From an uncultured delta proteobacterium (lineage in GTDB: Bacteria; Myxococcota_A; Polyangia; Polyangiales; Polyangiaceae), in NCBI GenBank assembly GCA_963806225.1, contig CAWDXG010000004.1, positions 640,001 to 704,000 of the forward strand: DNA of 64,000 nt. Reading direction: 5' to 3'. The notes beneath the pieces were generated by a model, which searched no databases, was not told the origin of the DNA, and was given only the letters and a program-made list of their open reading frames with translations. Positions 41,802 to 51,943 of the stretch are shown piece after piece. The translations under genes were made by a program, and so were the position numbers. The first letter of the stretch is position 1. Each line of letters starts with the position of its first letter.

Positions 41802-43105
41802 ATCAGCTCGAACTTGCTCCGGAGGTCTTCACCGAACGGCTGGCGCAGCACGGGGGCCGCGCGTACATCGTGCGTGATCGCACGGGCAGCCTGTTGGCTT
41901 CCCACGATTTCCTGGGGAAGCTCGTCGACTTCCTGCACCAGGACAAGCGGGACCACCTCGAACACGAAGCGCTGTTCTTCGAAGTGGGCCCCGAAACCGG
42001 CGCGCTGCTCACGGCGTTCGTGCACCAGACCACGCGGGGCCAGGGAGCCGGCGGCGTGCGGCACTGGAAGTACGCGCGACTCGAAGATCTGCTGCGCGAT
42101 GGCCTCCGGCTTTCGGTGGGAATGACGCGCAAGAACGCCCTGGCGGGTCTGTGGTGGGGCGGCGCCAAAGGCGTCATCGCGCGCCAGCCTGGCGATCGCT
42201 ACCAGGATCCGGAGTATCGCAGGCAGCTCTACCGCGAGTACGGCAGCTTCATCAGCTCGCTCCGCGGTTGCTACGTCACTGCCGAAGACGCGGGCACGAC
42301 GCCCCCGGACATGCTCGAGGTGTTTTCACGCACGCGACACACCACGTGCATTCCGCCGGCCTTTGGCGGTTCCGGCAATCCCTCGGAGCCGACGGCCAAG
42401 GGCGTGGTCTGTGCCATGGAGGCCGCGCTGGATTTCCATGCTCTGGGCAACCTGGAGGGCAAGACCATCGCCATGCAGGGAGCCGGCAACGTGTCCGGTT
42501 TCATGATCGGCGAGCTGCTCGCTCGCGGCGTCGCGCGCATCGTGGCCAGTGAGATCTCGAAAGAGCGCATCGCCGAGCTCGAGGGCAGCATTCGCGATGC
42601 GCGCCTTTCGCTGCGCCACGTCATGCCGGATGATCTGTCGATCTTCGACGAGCCAGCCGACGTTCTGGCGCCCAATGGACTCGGTGGCGTGTTGAACCCG
42701 GACACGATCCCGCGCATCCGCGCCAGGCTCGTGTGCGGTGCCGCAAACAACCAGCTGCTCGATGCCGAGCGGGACGATCGCGCGCTGTCCGCGCGAGATA
42801 TCAGCTACGTCCCCGACTTCTTGTGCAACCGCATGGGCATCGTGAACTGCGCGAACGAGCAATACGGCTCCATTTTGGACGACCCCGCCGTCCAGCGCCA
42901 CTTCAGCCGCGACTGGGAAAGCTCCATCTTCGTCGTGACCCAGCGCGTGCTCGCCCGCGCCCGCGACGAAGGCCTGACGACCGCCACCGCGGCCACGCTC
43001 ATCGCCGACGAGCTCGCGCGCCGGCCCCATCCGCTCTGGCCCGAGCGCAGCCGGCAGATCATCGAAGGCCTCGTCTCGAGCGGCTGGCACCAGCAGCGAG
43101 CGTAG
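41798..43105 (+). CDS. Glu/Leu/Phe/Val dehydrogenase family protein
   Basis: GGVR, GMTRKNALAG..GGAKGVI, TAEDAGT, GSGNPS..TAKGV, QGAGNV, GAANNQL, YVPDF. Confidence 0.9.
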
Positions 43106-43373
43106 AGCAGCGGGTCGAACGAGGAGCTCTAGCGAGCGTCCCCGTCCCGCTTCGGCATGCCCGCGCGCGGTCAATGCGAGCGCGCGGAGCGTCGGATCCG
43201 CGCTCCGCTCGAGGAAGAAGAGCACGCTGTTGTAGCCCTCGACGCGACCAGCGATGCGCTTCATCGCCGGACGGTACCGCCGCTCGCGGCAGAGCGCGTT
43301 GGCGATCGCATCGCCCCGAGGCCGCTCCCGGCGTGTCATGCACGATGTCCAGATTGCGCCCAGAGCGAGGCGC

Positions 43374-43859
43374 CTAGCGCCGCGTGCCCGCCGTGACCCG
43401 GAGCGGAACGACGATCGGCTGGCCTTCCTGCACGGGCACGCAGGGCACGAAGCGACGGAACGCGCGCGCGATGCAGGCGGCGACGGCGCGCAGGCTCGCG
43501 CTGGAGGAGGGCGGCAGCTCCGTCCGCACGCCCTCGATGCCTCCCCTGCCGTCGCTGGTGGCGTGCACAACGACGCGGTAGCCGGTGGCGGGCGGATTGT
43601 CCCCGACGGCCAGCGCACTGGCACAGGTCTGGACGACCGGCTGCAGTGGTTCGCACTCGCGCGCGCAGCCGAGCTCCGCGTCGCGGATCGTGAGGCAGGG
43701 CGTAGCTTCTTGGGGCGGCGTGCGACGCACGGCCGCGCTGGTCGCTCTAGCTGGGCTTGTCGCGGCCGTCGAGGCCGGGTGATCGGCGCCAGCGCGTGGC
43801 GCACAGGCGCAGGCAAGAGCTGCTGCCAGCCAGAGTGCGCCTCTGCGAACGCCGACCAT
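43374..43859 (-). CDS. hypothetical lipoprotein
   Basis: LAAALAC lipobox; several Cys; C-terminal 'VAACIARAF..F.P...IVVPL'. Confidence 0.5.
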   Translation of the reverse strand: MVGVRRGALWLAAALACACAPRAGADHPASTAATSPARATSAAVRRTPPQEATPCLTIRDAELGCARECEPLQPVVQTCASALAVGDNPPATGYRVVVHATSDGRGGIEGVRTELPPSSSASLRAVAACIARAFRRFVPCVPVQEGQPIVVPLRVTAGTRR

Positions 43860-44116
43860 CACAGTCTGATACGCCAATCCGGCTGGGGCGGCTTCCTCCG
43901 TCCGCGGGCGCAGCGACGAGGCTGGGACGCGTGGGGCAGTCGCCGCAGGCTTGCGGAGGGCCCGGCGCCGTGTTGCGGCTGCCAGGACCTGCCAGAACAA
44001 CGACGGAAATCCCAGAAAGTGACCGGGATCCGCCGCGCTGCGCGAACGGGTATCCAGGTTTGCGCAGCGTGCTAGATTGCGCGCTTGCCCTTTTTTCCGG
44101 GGTTCTGGAGCTATCG

Positions 44117-45067
44117 ATGAGCGACGAAATCGTCGTAGCCGCCCTGGGCGGCAACTCCCTGCTGGATCCGAAGCTGGCGACCGATGTCGCCAGCCAGTTC
44201 AAGCGCACCGCGGAAGCGATGCGCCCCATCGCGGAGCGCATCGCCGCCGGCGATCACATCGTCATCACGCACGGCAACGGGCCGCAGGTCGGCTACATGC
44301 TCTTGCGCTCGGAACTGGCCGCGGGAAAATTGCACGACGTGCCGCTCGACTCGCTGGTGGCCGACTCGCAGGGCGCGATCGGCTACATGATCCAGCGCAC
44401 ACTGCGCGCCGAGCTGGAGGCCCACGGCGAGAAGCGGGAGGTGGTGTGCGTGGTGACCGAGGTGGAGGTCGACCCGGAGAGCGCCCAGGCGCCCCCGACC
44501 AAGCCCGTCGGGCGCTTCTACACGAAACAGGAAGCCGACGCGCTGCACGCTGAACGCGGCTGGACGATGGTGGAGGATTCGGGGCGCGGCTACCGCCGCG
44601 TGGTCGTCTCGCCCATCCCGAAGTCGATCGTGCAGCTCGATACCGTCAAGCGGCTCGTCGACCAGGGCGTCACCGTCATCGCCTGCGGGGGCGGCGGCAT
44701 CCCCGTCTTCCACGACAGCACCGGCATCCTGCGCGGCATCGAGGGTGTGGTCGACAAGGACCGCACGAGCGCCCTGCTCGCCACGGCGCTCGGCGCGCGG
44801 CGCATGGTCATCACGACGGGTGTCGACGCCATCTACGAGAATTTCCGCTCGCCCGATCGCGTGAGACTGGACAGCGTCGACACGGACCATCTCGCTGAGC
44901 TATACGCCGCGGGGTCCTTTCCGCCCGGCAGCATGGGGCCGAAGGTGGAGGCCGCGCTCTCCTTCCTCGAGGCGGGCGGCGAGGAAGTCGTCATCTGCCT
45001 CCCCGAGGACTACTCCCGCGCCTGCGAAGGACGGGTCGGCACACGTATTTCCAGGACGAAGAAATGA
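44117..45067 (+). CDS. arcC: carbamate kinase (YqeA/ArcC)
   Basis: ALGGNSL, THGNGPQVG, SQGAIGY, PTKPVG, DSGRGYRRVV, GGGGIPV, VVDKD, GSMGPK. Confidence 0.95.
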   Translation: MSDEIVVAALGGNSLLDPKLATDVASQFKRTAEAMRPIAERIAAGDHIVITHGNGPQVGYMLLRSELAAGKLHDVPLDSLVADSQGAIGYMIQRTLRAELEAHGEKREVVCVVTEVEVDPESAQAPPTKPVGRFYTKQEADALHAERGWTMVEDSGRGYRRVVVSPIPKSIVQLDTVKRLVDQGVTVIACGGGGIPVFHDSTGILRGIEGVVDKDRTSALLATALGARRMVITTGVDAIYENFRSPDRVRLDSVDTDHLAELYAAGSFPPGSMGPKVEAALSFLEAGGEEVVICLPEDYSRACEGRVGTRISRTKK

Positions 45068-46185
45068 CCGGACTTGATCACGAAGCGCTCCGCAAGCTGT
45101 ACGGCAAGAACCTGCTGCTCACCTCCGACTGGACGACGGCGGAGATCGACACGCTGGCTGCCCTGGCCGAGAAGCTCGAACAGCTCGACCGCAGCGGCCG
45201 CGCCAAGGCGCTGTTCCCGAACGAGCTGGCGTACGCGATCTTCTTCGACAACTCCACGCGCACCAAGAGCGCCTGGGCGGGCGCCGCGGCGCGGCTCGGC
45301 ATGCACCCGGTGATCGTCGACGGCTCCTCCACGCAGGTCGCGCACGGCGAGACGGCCGAGGAGACCGGCGCCATGCTGGGCATGAACGCCCACGCGCTCG
45401 GCGTCCGTCACGACAAGATCCTCGGCGAGGGCAACGTCTTCCTGCGCGAGGTCAAGAAGGGCATCGACGACTACCTGGCCGCGACGAAGGACGAGCGCCA
45501 GGTGCCGATCGTCAACCTGCAGTGCGACATCGATCACCCCACGCAGTCGATGGCCGATCTGCTGTGGCTGCGCGAGCGCTTCCCCGATGGGCTCAAGGGC
45601 AAGAAGATCGCCGTCAGCTGGGCCTACTCGCCGAGCTACGCCAAGCCACTCAGCGTGCCGCAGGGCCTCGCCATGCTGCTGTCGCGCTACGGCGCGGAGT
45701 TGGTGCTGGCGCATCCCAAGGGCTACGAGCTCACCGGCTCCACGCTCGACGCGGCGAAGAAGCACGCGGCGGAGTCCGGCGGCTCGTTCCGCGTCACCGA
45801 CTCGATGGACGAGGCCTTCGACGGCGCGCACATCGTCTACCCGAAGAGCTGGGGCCCGCGCGAGCTGATGCTGGAGCGCGTGCAGGCCAACAAGCAGGGC
45901 GACAGCAAGGCCATGGGCGACATCGAGCAGCGCGCGCTCGCGATGAACAAGAACTTCACCAGCTGGATCTGCAACGAGGAGCGCATGGCCAAGACCCGGG
46001 ATGCGCTCTACATGCACTGCCTCCCCGCCGACATCGGCGCCGAGGTGACGCACGGTGTGCTGGAAAAGGCCCGCGTCGACCTGGCGCGCGAGGCGAACAA
46101 GAAGGTGTACGTGATCATGGCGCTCCTGGCCTCGGCCAAGAGCGCGGACCTGGCCGAGCGACTCTCGGCCGAAGGAGCAAAGTAG
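45064..46185 (+). CDS. ygeW: YgeW-like knotted carbamoyltransferase
   Basis: DNSTRT, STQVAHGET, VNLQCDIDHPTQSMADL, WAYSPSYAKPLSVPQG, VYPKSW, YMHCLPADI. Confidence 0.88.
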   Translation: MTGLDHEALRKLYGKNLLLTSDWTTAEIDTLAALAEKLEQLDRSGRAKALFPNELAYAIFFDNSTRTKSAWAGAAARLGMHPVIVDGSSTQVAHGETAEETGAMLGMNAHALGVRHDKILGEGNVFLREVKKGIDDYLAATKDERQVPIVNLQCDIDHPTQSMADLLWLRERFPDGLKGKKIAVSWAYSPSYAKPLSVPQGLAMLLSRYGAELVLAHPKGYELTGSTLDAAKKHAAESGGSFRVTDSMDEAFDGAHIVYPKSWGPRELMLERVQANKQGDSKAMGDIEQRALAMNKNFTSWICNEERMAKTRDALYMHCLPADIGAEVTHGVLEKARVDLAREANKKVYVIMALLASAKSADLAERLSAEGAK

Positions 46186-47727
46186 ATGTCCGACCTCGAC
46201 AAGGCGGTGAGCGAGCTCGCCGCGAAGTACCGTCCCCTCGCCGTCTCCATCCTGAAGGAAGTCGTCCGCATCCCGGCCGACCACGTCGACCGCCCGGACA
46301 GCGACGGCGGCGATCCGAGCTGCGGCCTCAGCAACCACGAAGGCCCGCGCCTCGAGGTGCTGAAGAAGGCCATCCTCGACAACGGCTGCGTGGCGCGCCC
46401 CGAGGACGTCGGCTTCGACGAGTACGGCAACCTGGTCTGGAGCGTCGAGGATCCCGACGACCCCACGCCCCGCGCCGAGAAGAAGGTCATCTACCTCGAC
46501 GGCCACACCGACACGGTCAAGGCCCTCCGCAGCCAGTGGCAGAGCAAGATCGGCGGCGGCATCGACTGCTACGACGGTTGGACCGACGACCAACGCGTCA
46601 ATCGCGAGTTTCTGCGCGGCGAGCTCGGCTGGCTACCGCCCGACGACGAGTGGGAGCACATGGTGTTCGGCCGCGGCAGCGCCGATCAGCTGAGCGGCGT
46701 GGTGAGCCAGGTGGTCGCGACGAAGATCCTGCTGGAGACGATCCCGCAGGGCAGCCTGCGCGGCGCCATCGTGCGCTCGTACGCGACGGTGACCGAGGAA
46801 GACAACGACGGCGCGGGCCCGATGTACCTGATGCGCAAGGTGCTGCCGACCGCCGGTCCCGAGGTGTTCCCCGACGCGGTGCTGCTCACCGAGGGCACCG
46901 GCGACGCCAACAAGGGCGCGCTCGGCATCTACCGCGGCCAGCGCGGCCGCATGCAGATCGAGGTGGTCGTGACGGGCCGCTCCTGCCACGGCTCGATGCC
47001 CTGGGAGGGCAAGAACCCGCTGGAGTTCGGCGGCGCGATCCTGGCCGAGGCCGCTCAGGCCTACGAGCGCGGCGACGGCTTCCTCGAGGATCCGCTGCTC
47101 GGTCGCGGCACGCGCACCGCGTCGTGGGCCGTGCTGGAGTCGCCGAGCGACTGCGCCGTGCCCGATCGCTTCACCTTCCGCTTCGACCGCCGGCTCACGG
47201 CGGGTGAGACGCCCGACCAGGCCGTAGCCGACATCGACAAGCTCGCGGCCGTGAAGCGCGCCCGCGACGCGGGGCTCACGGTGGAGGTCGGCGTGCCGAC
47301 CTACAACGAGCCCACGTGGAAGGGCTACCACCCGGACAACCCGCAGATCTACATGGGCTGGGTCACGCCGGAGGATCATCCGGCCATCGCCGCCGCGCGC
47401 CGCGCCTACAAGTCCGTGGTCAGCCCCGCCGTTCCCGACAACGGCCAGAAGGGCGGCACGTTGCGCCACGAGCCGCGCGTGGATCGCTGGATCTTCTCCA
47501 CCGACGGCGTCGGCTTCCCGGTGAAGAAGGACGCGCTGCGCGTGCCCGACGGCAAGAACTGGGTCGACGCCGGCGAGTTCACCCACCCGCCCATGCTCGG
47601 CATGGGCCCCGGCATCGAGCAGAACACGCACAAGATCGGCGAGGCGGTCGACGCGCGCGAGCTGCAGCTCGCGATTGCGGCGATTGCGCGTTTTCCGTCG
47701 GCGTTCGTCGAGGAGACGGCGAAGTAG
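46186..47727 (+). CDS. ygeY: YgeY-like M20 metallohydrolase
   Basis: DGHTDTV, GRGSADQ, TEEDNDG, IYRGQRGRMQI, SCHGSMP, DRRLTAGE, VDRWIFSTDGV. Confidence 0.82.
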   Translation: MSDLDKAVSELAAKYRPLAVSILKEVVRIPADHVDRPDSDGGDPSCGLSNHEGPRLEVLKKAILDNGCVARPEDVGFDEYGNLVWSVEDPDDPTPRAEKKVIYLDGHTDTVKALRSQWQSKIGGGIDCYDGWTDDQRVNREFLRGELGWLPPDDEWEHMVFGRGSADQLSGVVSQVVATKILLETIPQGSLRGAIVRSYATVTEEDNDGAGPMYLMRKVLPTAGPEVFPDAVLLTEGTGDANKGALGIYRGQRGRMQIEVVVTGRSCHGSMPWEGKNPLEFGGAILAEAAQAYERGDGFLEDPLLGRGTRTASWAVLESPSDCAVPDRFTFRFDRRLTAGETPDQAVADIDKLAAVKRARDAGLTVEVGVPTYNEPTWKGYHPDNPQIYMGWVTPEDHPAIAAARRAYKSVVSPAVPDNGQKGGTLRHEPRVDRWIFSTDGVGFPVKKDALRVPDGKNWVDAGEFTHPPMLGMGPGIEQNTHKIGEAVDARELQLAIAAIARFPSAFVEETAK

Positions 47728-47743
47728 ACGCACCTTTCCGGCG

Positions 47744-47788
47744 CTTCCAGTCTTCCGGCAGGGAACAGGAAGACTGGAAGACTGGAAG
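47744..47788. repeat. hairpin / REP-like repeat after ygeY (possible terminator)
   Basis: CTTCCAGTCTTCC (47744-47756) is complementary to GGAAGACTGGAAG, which occurs twice, overlapping (47768-47780, 47776-47788). Confidence 0.6.
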
Positions 47789-47905
47789 GTTTCCTGGGGG
47801 TCGAGGGCTGGGGCGGCGCTGTGCCGCTCATCCAGCGGCTGGGCGGGTGCTGCTGCGCGGCGCGCTCCGCGCCGGTCGCGGCCTCGGCGTGCTCGCGGGA
47901 GCTCC

Positions 47906-47979
47906 GCGGGGTGTGTCCGGGCGCACCGGGACCCCGCTTCGCGGGGGCCCCTATCCCGCTGCGCCCGGACACACCCCGC
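47906..47979. repeat. long intergenic inverted repeat with a nested hairpin
   Basis: Perfect 20-bp arms GCGGGGTGTGTCCGGGCGCA (47906-47925) / TGCGCCCGGACACACCCCGC (47960-47979) enclosing CCCCGC-TTC-GCGGGG. Confidence 0.7.
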
Positions 47980-48091
47980 TGCGCCCAACTGCGCCGGCTC
48001 GCTCCACCGCGAAGTCCCCCGCCAGCGCTGCGCGGCGGCCGGCAGCAGAGCGCGGCTTCTGCCCGAGCCGCCCGGGCGCTATCCTGGGCGC

Positions 48092-49372
48092 ATGGACGGG
48101 GGTATTTGGTCGAAGTCGCGGCGCGCACCCGGAACGACGGGCTGGGTCGTCGCGGCGGCGATGTTGCTTGCGATCGGCTGTGGTCGCGGCGGCGCCCCCG
48201 GGAGTCACCCGGCGGCGGCAACCGACGCCAGCGACTCCGGCACGCCGGACGCCGACTCCAGCACGCCGGACGCCGACTCCAGCACGCCGGACGCCGACTC
48301 CGGCATCACGGACGCCGATGCCAGCGACGGAAAGCGGGACGCGACGGCGCCGCAGAACGACGTGCAGTGCGTACCGCTGGTCGGCTACAGCGCACCGGCC
48401 GCCGATTGTTCGACGGTACCTGCGTCCAAGACGCTGCTGCTTCCGGTGTACGGTCTTCAATCCGAGCAACCGATCGTCACCGCCCGCGTCGCCGTCGACG
48501 ATACGCTGTATGTGGGACTCGAGTCGTACAGCTGCCTGAAGACCTGCGTGACGAAGGCCGGGGTTTTCCGCACGAAACACGGAGCGCCGTGGGAGACGGT
48601 CCTGGATGGCCAGGCTCACGTCGTCGTGGATGCCGACCCGTCGGACCTGTTCTGGGTGCGTGCTCCCGCAGGACAGCCGGTGACCGCCGGCGAGCCTGTG
48701 GAGCACGTCAGCCCCGCGACGCTCGCCTCGAGCGTCGCGGGCACGCTGGACGAGGCGGGGTTTCCCACGGGAATCGCCCTGATGCCCGGCGCGCTCTTTA
48801 CGATGACCTCGTCGGCAGACACGACAACCAGCACGCTGGCCCGCCGCCCCGTCAACGGCTCCACGCTGGGAGCGGCGTCGATCCTGTTCCAGCTCCACCG
48901 CTCTGCCTTCTGGCCCCGGACGGACGGGCAGCGGCTCGCATGGGCCGAAGCGGGCGCGATGGTGGTCGGCGATCTGTCCGGCAACCCCGCGGTCCGCGTC
49001 GGGATCGGGACCAACGCCGAGTGGCGCGAGCTCGCTCTGGCGGGCGGGCGAGCATTCGCGGCCTACGAGACTACGCCAGGAAGCGGTTCGATCTGTGCCT
49101 TCGACACGGCCAGCGGCAAGGCGGCGACCATCATTCCGCCGCGCCCGCAGCTGCAGATCTGCGCTGTCGCGGCAAACTCGACGCGCGTGTTCTGGACGCA
49201 GTCCGGAACGCCCGGATCGTACTGCAACCAGGTGTGGACGGCCGCGCCCGACGGCACAAGCCCGGAGCTCATCGGCTGCGACACGGAGCCGATCGAGACG
49301 GTCGCGGCCACGGATCACGCCGTCTACTGGATCGGCGCCGAAGCGCACCTCATCGATCCCGCGTCGCTCTAG
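48092..49372 (+). CDS. hypothetical lipoprotein, beta-propeller-like
   Basis: LLAIGC lipobox; repeated 'x-V-F/Y-W' blade-like motifs (DLFW, RVFW, AVYW). Confidence 0.7.
   Translation: MDGGIWSKSRRAPGTTGWVVAAAMLLAIGCGRGGAPGSHPAAATDASDSGTPDADSSTPDADSSTPDADSGITDADASDGKRDATAPQNDVQCVPLVGYSAPAADCSTVPASKTLLLPVYGLQSEQPIVTARVAVDDTLYVGLESYSCLKTCVTKAGVFRTKHGAPWETVLDGQAHVVVDADPSDLFWVRAPAGQPVTAGEPVEHVSPATLASSVAGTLDEAGFPTGIALMPGALFTMTSSADTTTSTLARRPVNGSTLGAASILFQLHRSAFWPRTDGQRLAWAEAGAMVVGDLSGNPAVRVGIGTNAEWRELALAGGRAFAAYETTPGSGSICAFDTASGKAATIIPPRPQLQICAVAANSTRVFWTQSGTPGSYCNQVWTAAPDGTSPELIGCDTEPIETVAATDHAVYWIGAEAHLIDPASL
48233..48316 (+). repeat. 21-bp tandem repeat x4 (DSS/GTPDA linker)
   Basis: GACTCC(A/G)GCACGCCGGACGCC units in frame; fourth copy degenerate. 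Confidence 0.9.
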
Positions 49373-49523
49373 GCCGGGATCCCGATGCGCACTGTGTGCG
49401 CCGGAATGCCCCTGCGGGCAGCACAGCGCGGTAATCAGCTTGCCGGGTTGGCCGCCGGCGCCGCGTGGTTACCGTGTCGGGTGACGGCACATCTTCTGCC
49501 GGACGCAGCACTGGGAGAGCGAC

Positions 49524-50004
49524 ATGGCAAACGGGGGGCATGTGGATGTGCTGGTGGTGGGCGGCGGGCCCGGCGGCACGCCGGCGGCGATGGCGCTGGC
49601 GCGCGGCGGCAAGCGGGTGCTCCTGGCGGTGGCCGGGCGCGGGCTCGGCGGCGCGTGTCTGTTCGAGGGCTGCATCCCGTCCAAGATCTTCCGCGAGACC
49701 GCGGCGCGGCGGCTGGAGATAGGGCGCAGCGCGGAGTTCGGTCTGAAGCTGACCGACAGCCAGGCGACCGTGGACTGGCCGGCGGTGCAATCACGCCGTC
49801 ACCGCATCCTCAACCAGCGCGCGCAGGGGGCGCTGGAGCAGGCGCGCGCCATCCCCGGACTCGAGGTGGTGTTCGGCCGCGCGCGTCTGGGCGGGCCACG
49901 CGAAGCGCTGATCGAGGCGGGCGGCGAGCGACGCCGCGCGCCTGGCCGCGGAGCTCGCGGCGAGCGGCATCGGTCTGGAGACCGACGTGCGCATCGACGC
50001 CGTC
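49524..50004 (+). pseudogene. truncated dihydrolipoamide dehydrogenase-family (pyridine nucleotide-disulfide oxidoreductase) remnant
   Basis: VVGGGPGG and GGACLFEGCIPSK; homology lost after ~137 aa; a short out-of-frame later segment (RLAAELAASGIGLETDVRIDAV) follows. Confidence 0.8.
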
Positions 50005-50177
50005 TGGTCCGCCCACAGGAAATCGAACCAGAATTGGCTGCACTGCTCGTACCGCGAGCAGACCGCTGCCGCGGCTTTCGAGCAGGCATCCGGCGGCAGC
50101 GCGTTCCGCCCCACCCTGCCGCCGCAGGCCGCGAGCAACGCCGCAGCTCCGACGAAGAAGATCGCTCCCCGAAGCAC
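50000..50177 (-). pseudogene. 5' fragment of a lipoprotein gene
   Basis: GTG start MLRGAIFFVGAAALLAAC...ACSKAAAAVCSRYEQC, running into the lpd remnant. Confidence 0.45.
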
Positions 50178-50587
50178 TACACCCAAGCGTGCGGCGGGCG
50201 CGGGCGCGATGCAAGGCGCGGCGGCGGCGCGGCGTGCGCCCACGCCGCCGGAGTCCGGAGTGCACCCACGTAGGCGCGACGCCGAGCGGCGCGCCGGAGT
50301 CGGAGTCGGCCCGCGTGGGAGCGCCGATGTCCGCGTGAACGCGCGCATCGGACTGCGTCGTGGCACTCCCGCGTGGAAGGCTGGATCGCGCGGTTCTTTT
50401 CGCTTGACACATTTCCGCACCGGCAGCCGTCGCGATCACCGCCGTGCCCTTCGCTTCGCGCTCACGGCGCCTGTGCACCCGATAGAGAGCTCGCCGGAAG
50501 CGCGACGACTGCGGAGCTGATCGCGCTCGCGATCCGGCACCACCGCGCCACCTGCGAGGCCGGAAATCAGCGTGGTATGCGACGAGT

Positions 50588-51943
50588 ATGCAAGAGACAC
50601 GCGAGTGGGAACGCGCACACCATGCACTTGTGGGCATCGCGAAGCAGCGCGCCGCGCTGGACCGCGAGGAGGGGTGCTGGCTGCTGATCGCGTATCGCGA
50701 GCGGGCACACGAGCAGCTCGGCTACGGCAGCTTCGTGGAGTACGTCGAGCGGCTGCTCGGGCACGGACCGCGCACAACGCTGGAGAAGCTGCGCGTCGCC
50801 GAAGCGCTGGAGAAGCTACCGGCACTGGACGCCGCGCTCGGGGCGAACGAGCTCGGCTGGTCGGCGGTGCGCGAGCTCACGCGCGTGGCCACGCCGGACA
50901 CCGAGTCCGGGTGGATAGCGGCGGCGAAGAGCCGCACGGTCCGCGACATCGAGCGTCTGGTCAGCGGGCGGCAGCCCGGCGATCGCCCGGGCGATGCCGC
51001 GCGGCCGGAAGCGCGGCGCCATCGGCTGTCGTTCGATGTCTCTGCCGAGACGCTCGCGACCTTCCGGCAGGCCGCAGCGAAGCTCCGGCGGGACTCCCCC
51101 ACTCCACTCGACGACGACGCGCTGCTGCTTTTGATGGCGCGCCGCGTGCTCGGCGGCCCTGCCGACGAAGGCCGGTCGAGCTACCAGATCGCGATGACCG
51201 TCTGCGAGCGCTGCGGCGCCGGCGAGCAGGTCGGCAAGGGCGAGTCCGTGGCGATCGCGCCGGAGATCGTGGAGATGGCGGAGTGCGACGCCCAACGCAT
51301 CAGCGACGGCGGACGCGCTGCGCAGCACGTCCCACCGGAGACGCGCCGCGAAGTGATGCTCCGCCACCACGGCTGCTGCGCTGTGCCGGGTTGCCGCAAC
51401 GCCGTGTTCGTCAACGTCCACCACGTCGACCCACGAGCCGAGGGCGGTGGCCACGATCCCGAACGCCTTGTGGTGCTGTGCTCGGCGCACCACCGCGCGG
51501 TGCACCGCGGCCGGCTGCTGGTCGACGGGCGCAACTCGAGCGGTTTCACGTTCCGGCACGCTGACGGTTCGCTCTACGGAAAGCCCGCTTCGCCTGCCGC
51601 GGCCGATGCGGCGAGCCGCGCGCTCGGCGCCCTCACCGGCCTCGGCTACAAGGAGCGCGAAGCCCACCGCGCCATCGAGCAGGTGCGTGCCCACGTGGGC
51701 GCGGGCGACGAAGCGCTGATACGGGCGGCGCTGCGAAAGCTGTCAGAGCGGGTGGTGCGGGTGTCGGAGCGGGTAGTCCGCTACGTGCCAATGACTCGCG
51801 CTCGACGACGACCGCCCCGAGGCGCGCGAGCGAACGCGTCAAGGCCGCCTGCGCCCGTCGCCCTTGTCCACGACCCGCGAGGCGGCCTCGAAGCGACGGC
51901 TATCCGCGCTGGTACCTGCCCAGCAGGCGGTTCATCGCGATGA
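50588..51943 (+). CDS. DUF222-like / HNH endonuclease with RuvA-C-like tail (probable selfish element)
   Basis: LGYGSFVEY, LGWSAVRELTRVATP, CAVPGC..VHHV..EGG..LCSAHHRAVH, ALTGLGYKEREA..LIRAALR. Confidence 0.85.
   Translation: MQETREWERAHHALVGIAKQRAALDREEGCWLLIAYRERAHEQLGYGSFVEYVERLLGHGPRTTLEKLRVAEALEKLPALDAALGANELGWSAVRELTRVATPDTESGWIAAAKSRTVRDIERLVSGRQPGDRPGDAARPEARRHRLSFDVSAETLATFRQAAAKLRRDSPTPLDDDALLLLMARRVLGGPADEGRSSYQIAMTVCERCGAGEQVGKGESVAIAPEIVEMAECDAQRISDGGRAAQHVPPETRREVMLRHHGCCAVPGCRNAVFVNVHHVDPRAEGGGHDPERLVVLCSAHHRAVHRGRLLVDGRNSSGFTFRHADGSLYGKPASPAAADAASRALGALTGLGYKEREAHRAIEQVRAHVGAGDEALIRAALRKLSERVVRVSERVVRYVPMTRARRRPPRGARANASRPPAPVALVHDPRGGLEATAIRAGTCPAGGSSR

Noticed and set aside
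43106..43264. Minus-strand stretch MKRIAGRVEGYNSVLFFLERS...
   Set aside because: Short, runs antisense into the dehydrogenase gene and has no recognisable motif; at most a remnant
44117..46185. Arginine deiminase pathway (arcB-arcC) interpretation
   Set aside because: The transcarbamylase carries YgeW-specific motifs (WAYSPSYxKPLSVPQG, HCLPADI), neighbours YgeY, and no arcA is present
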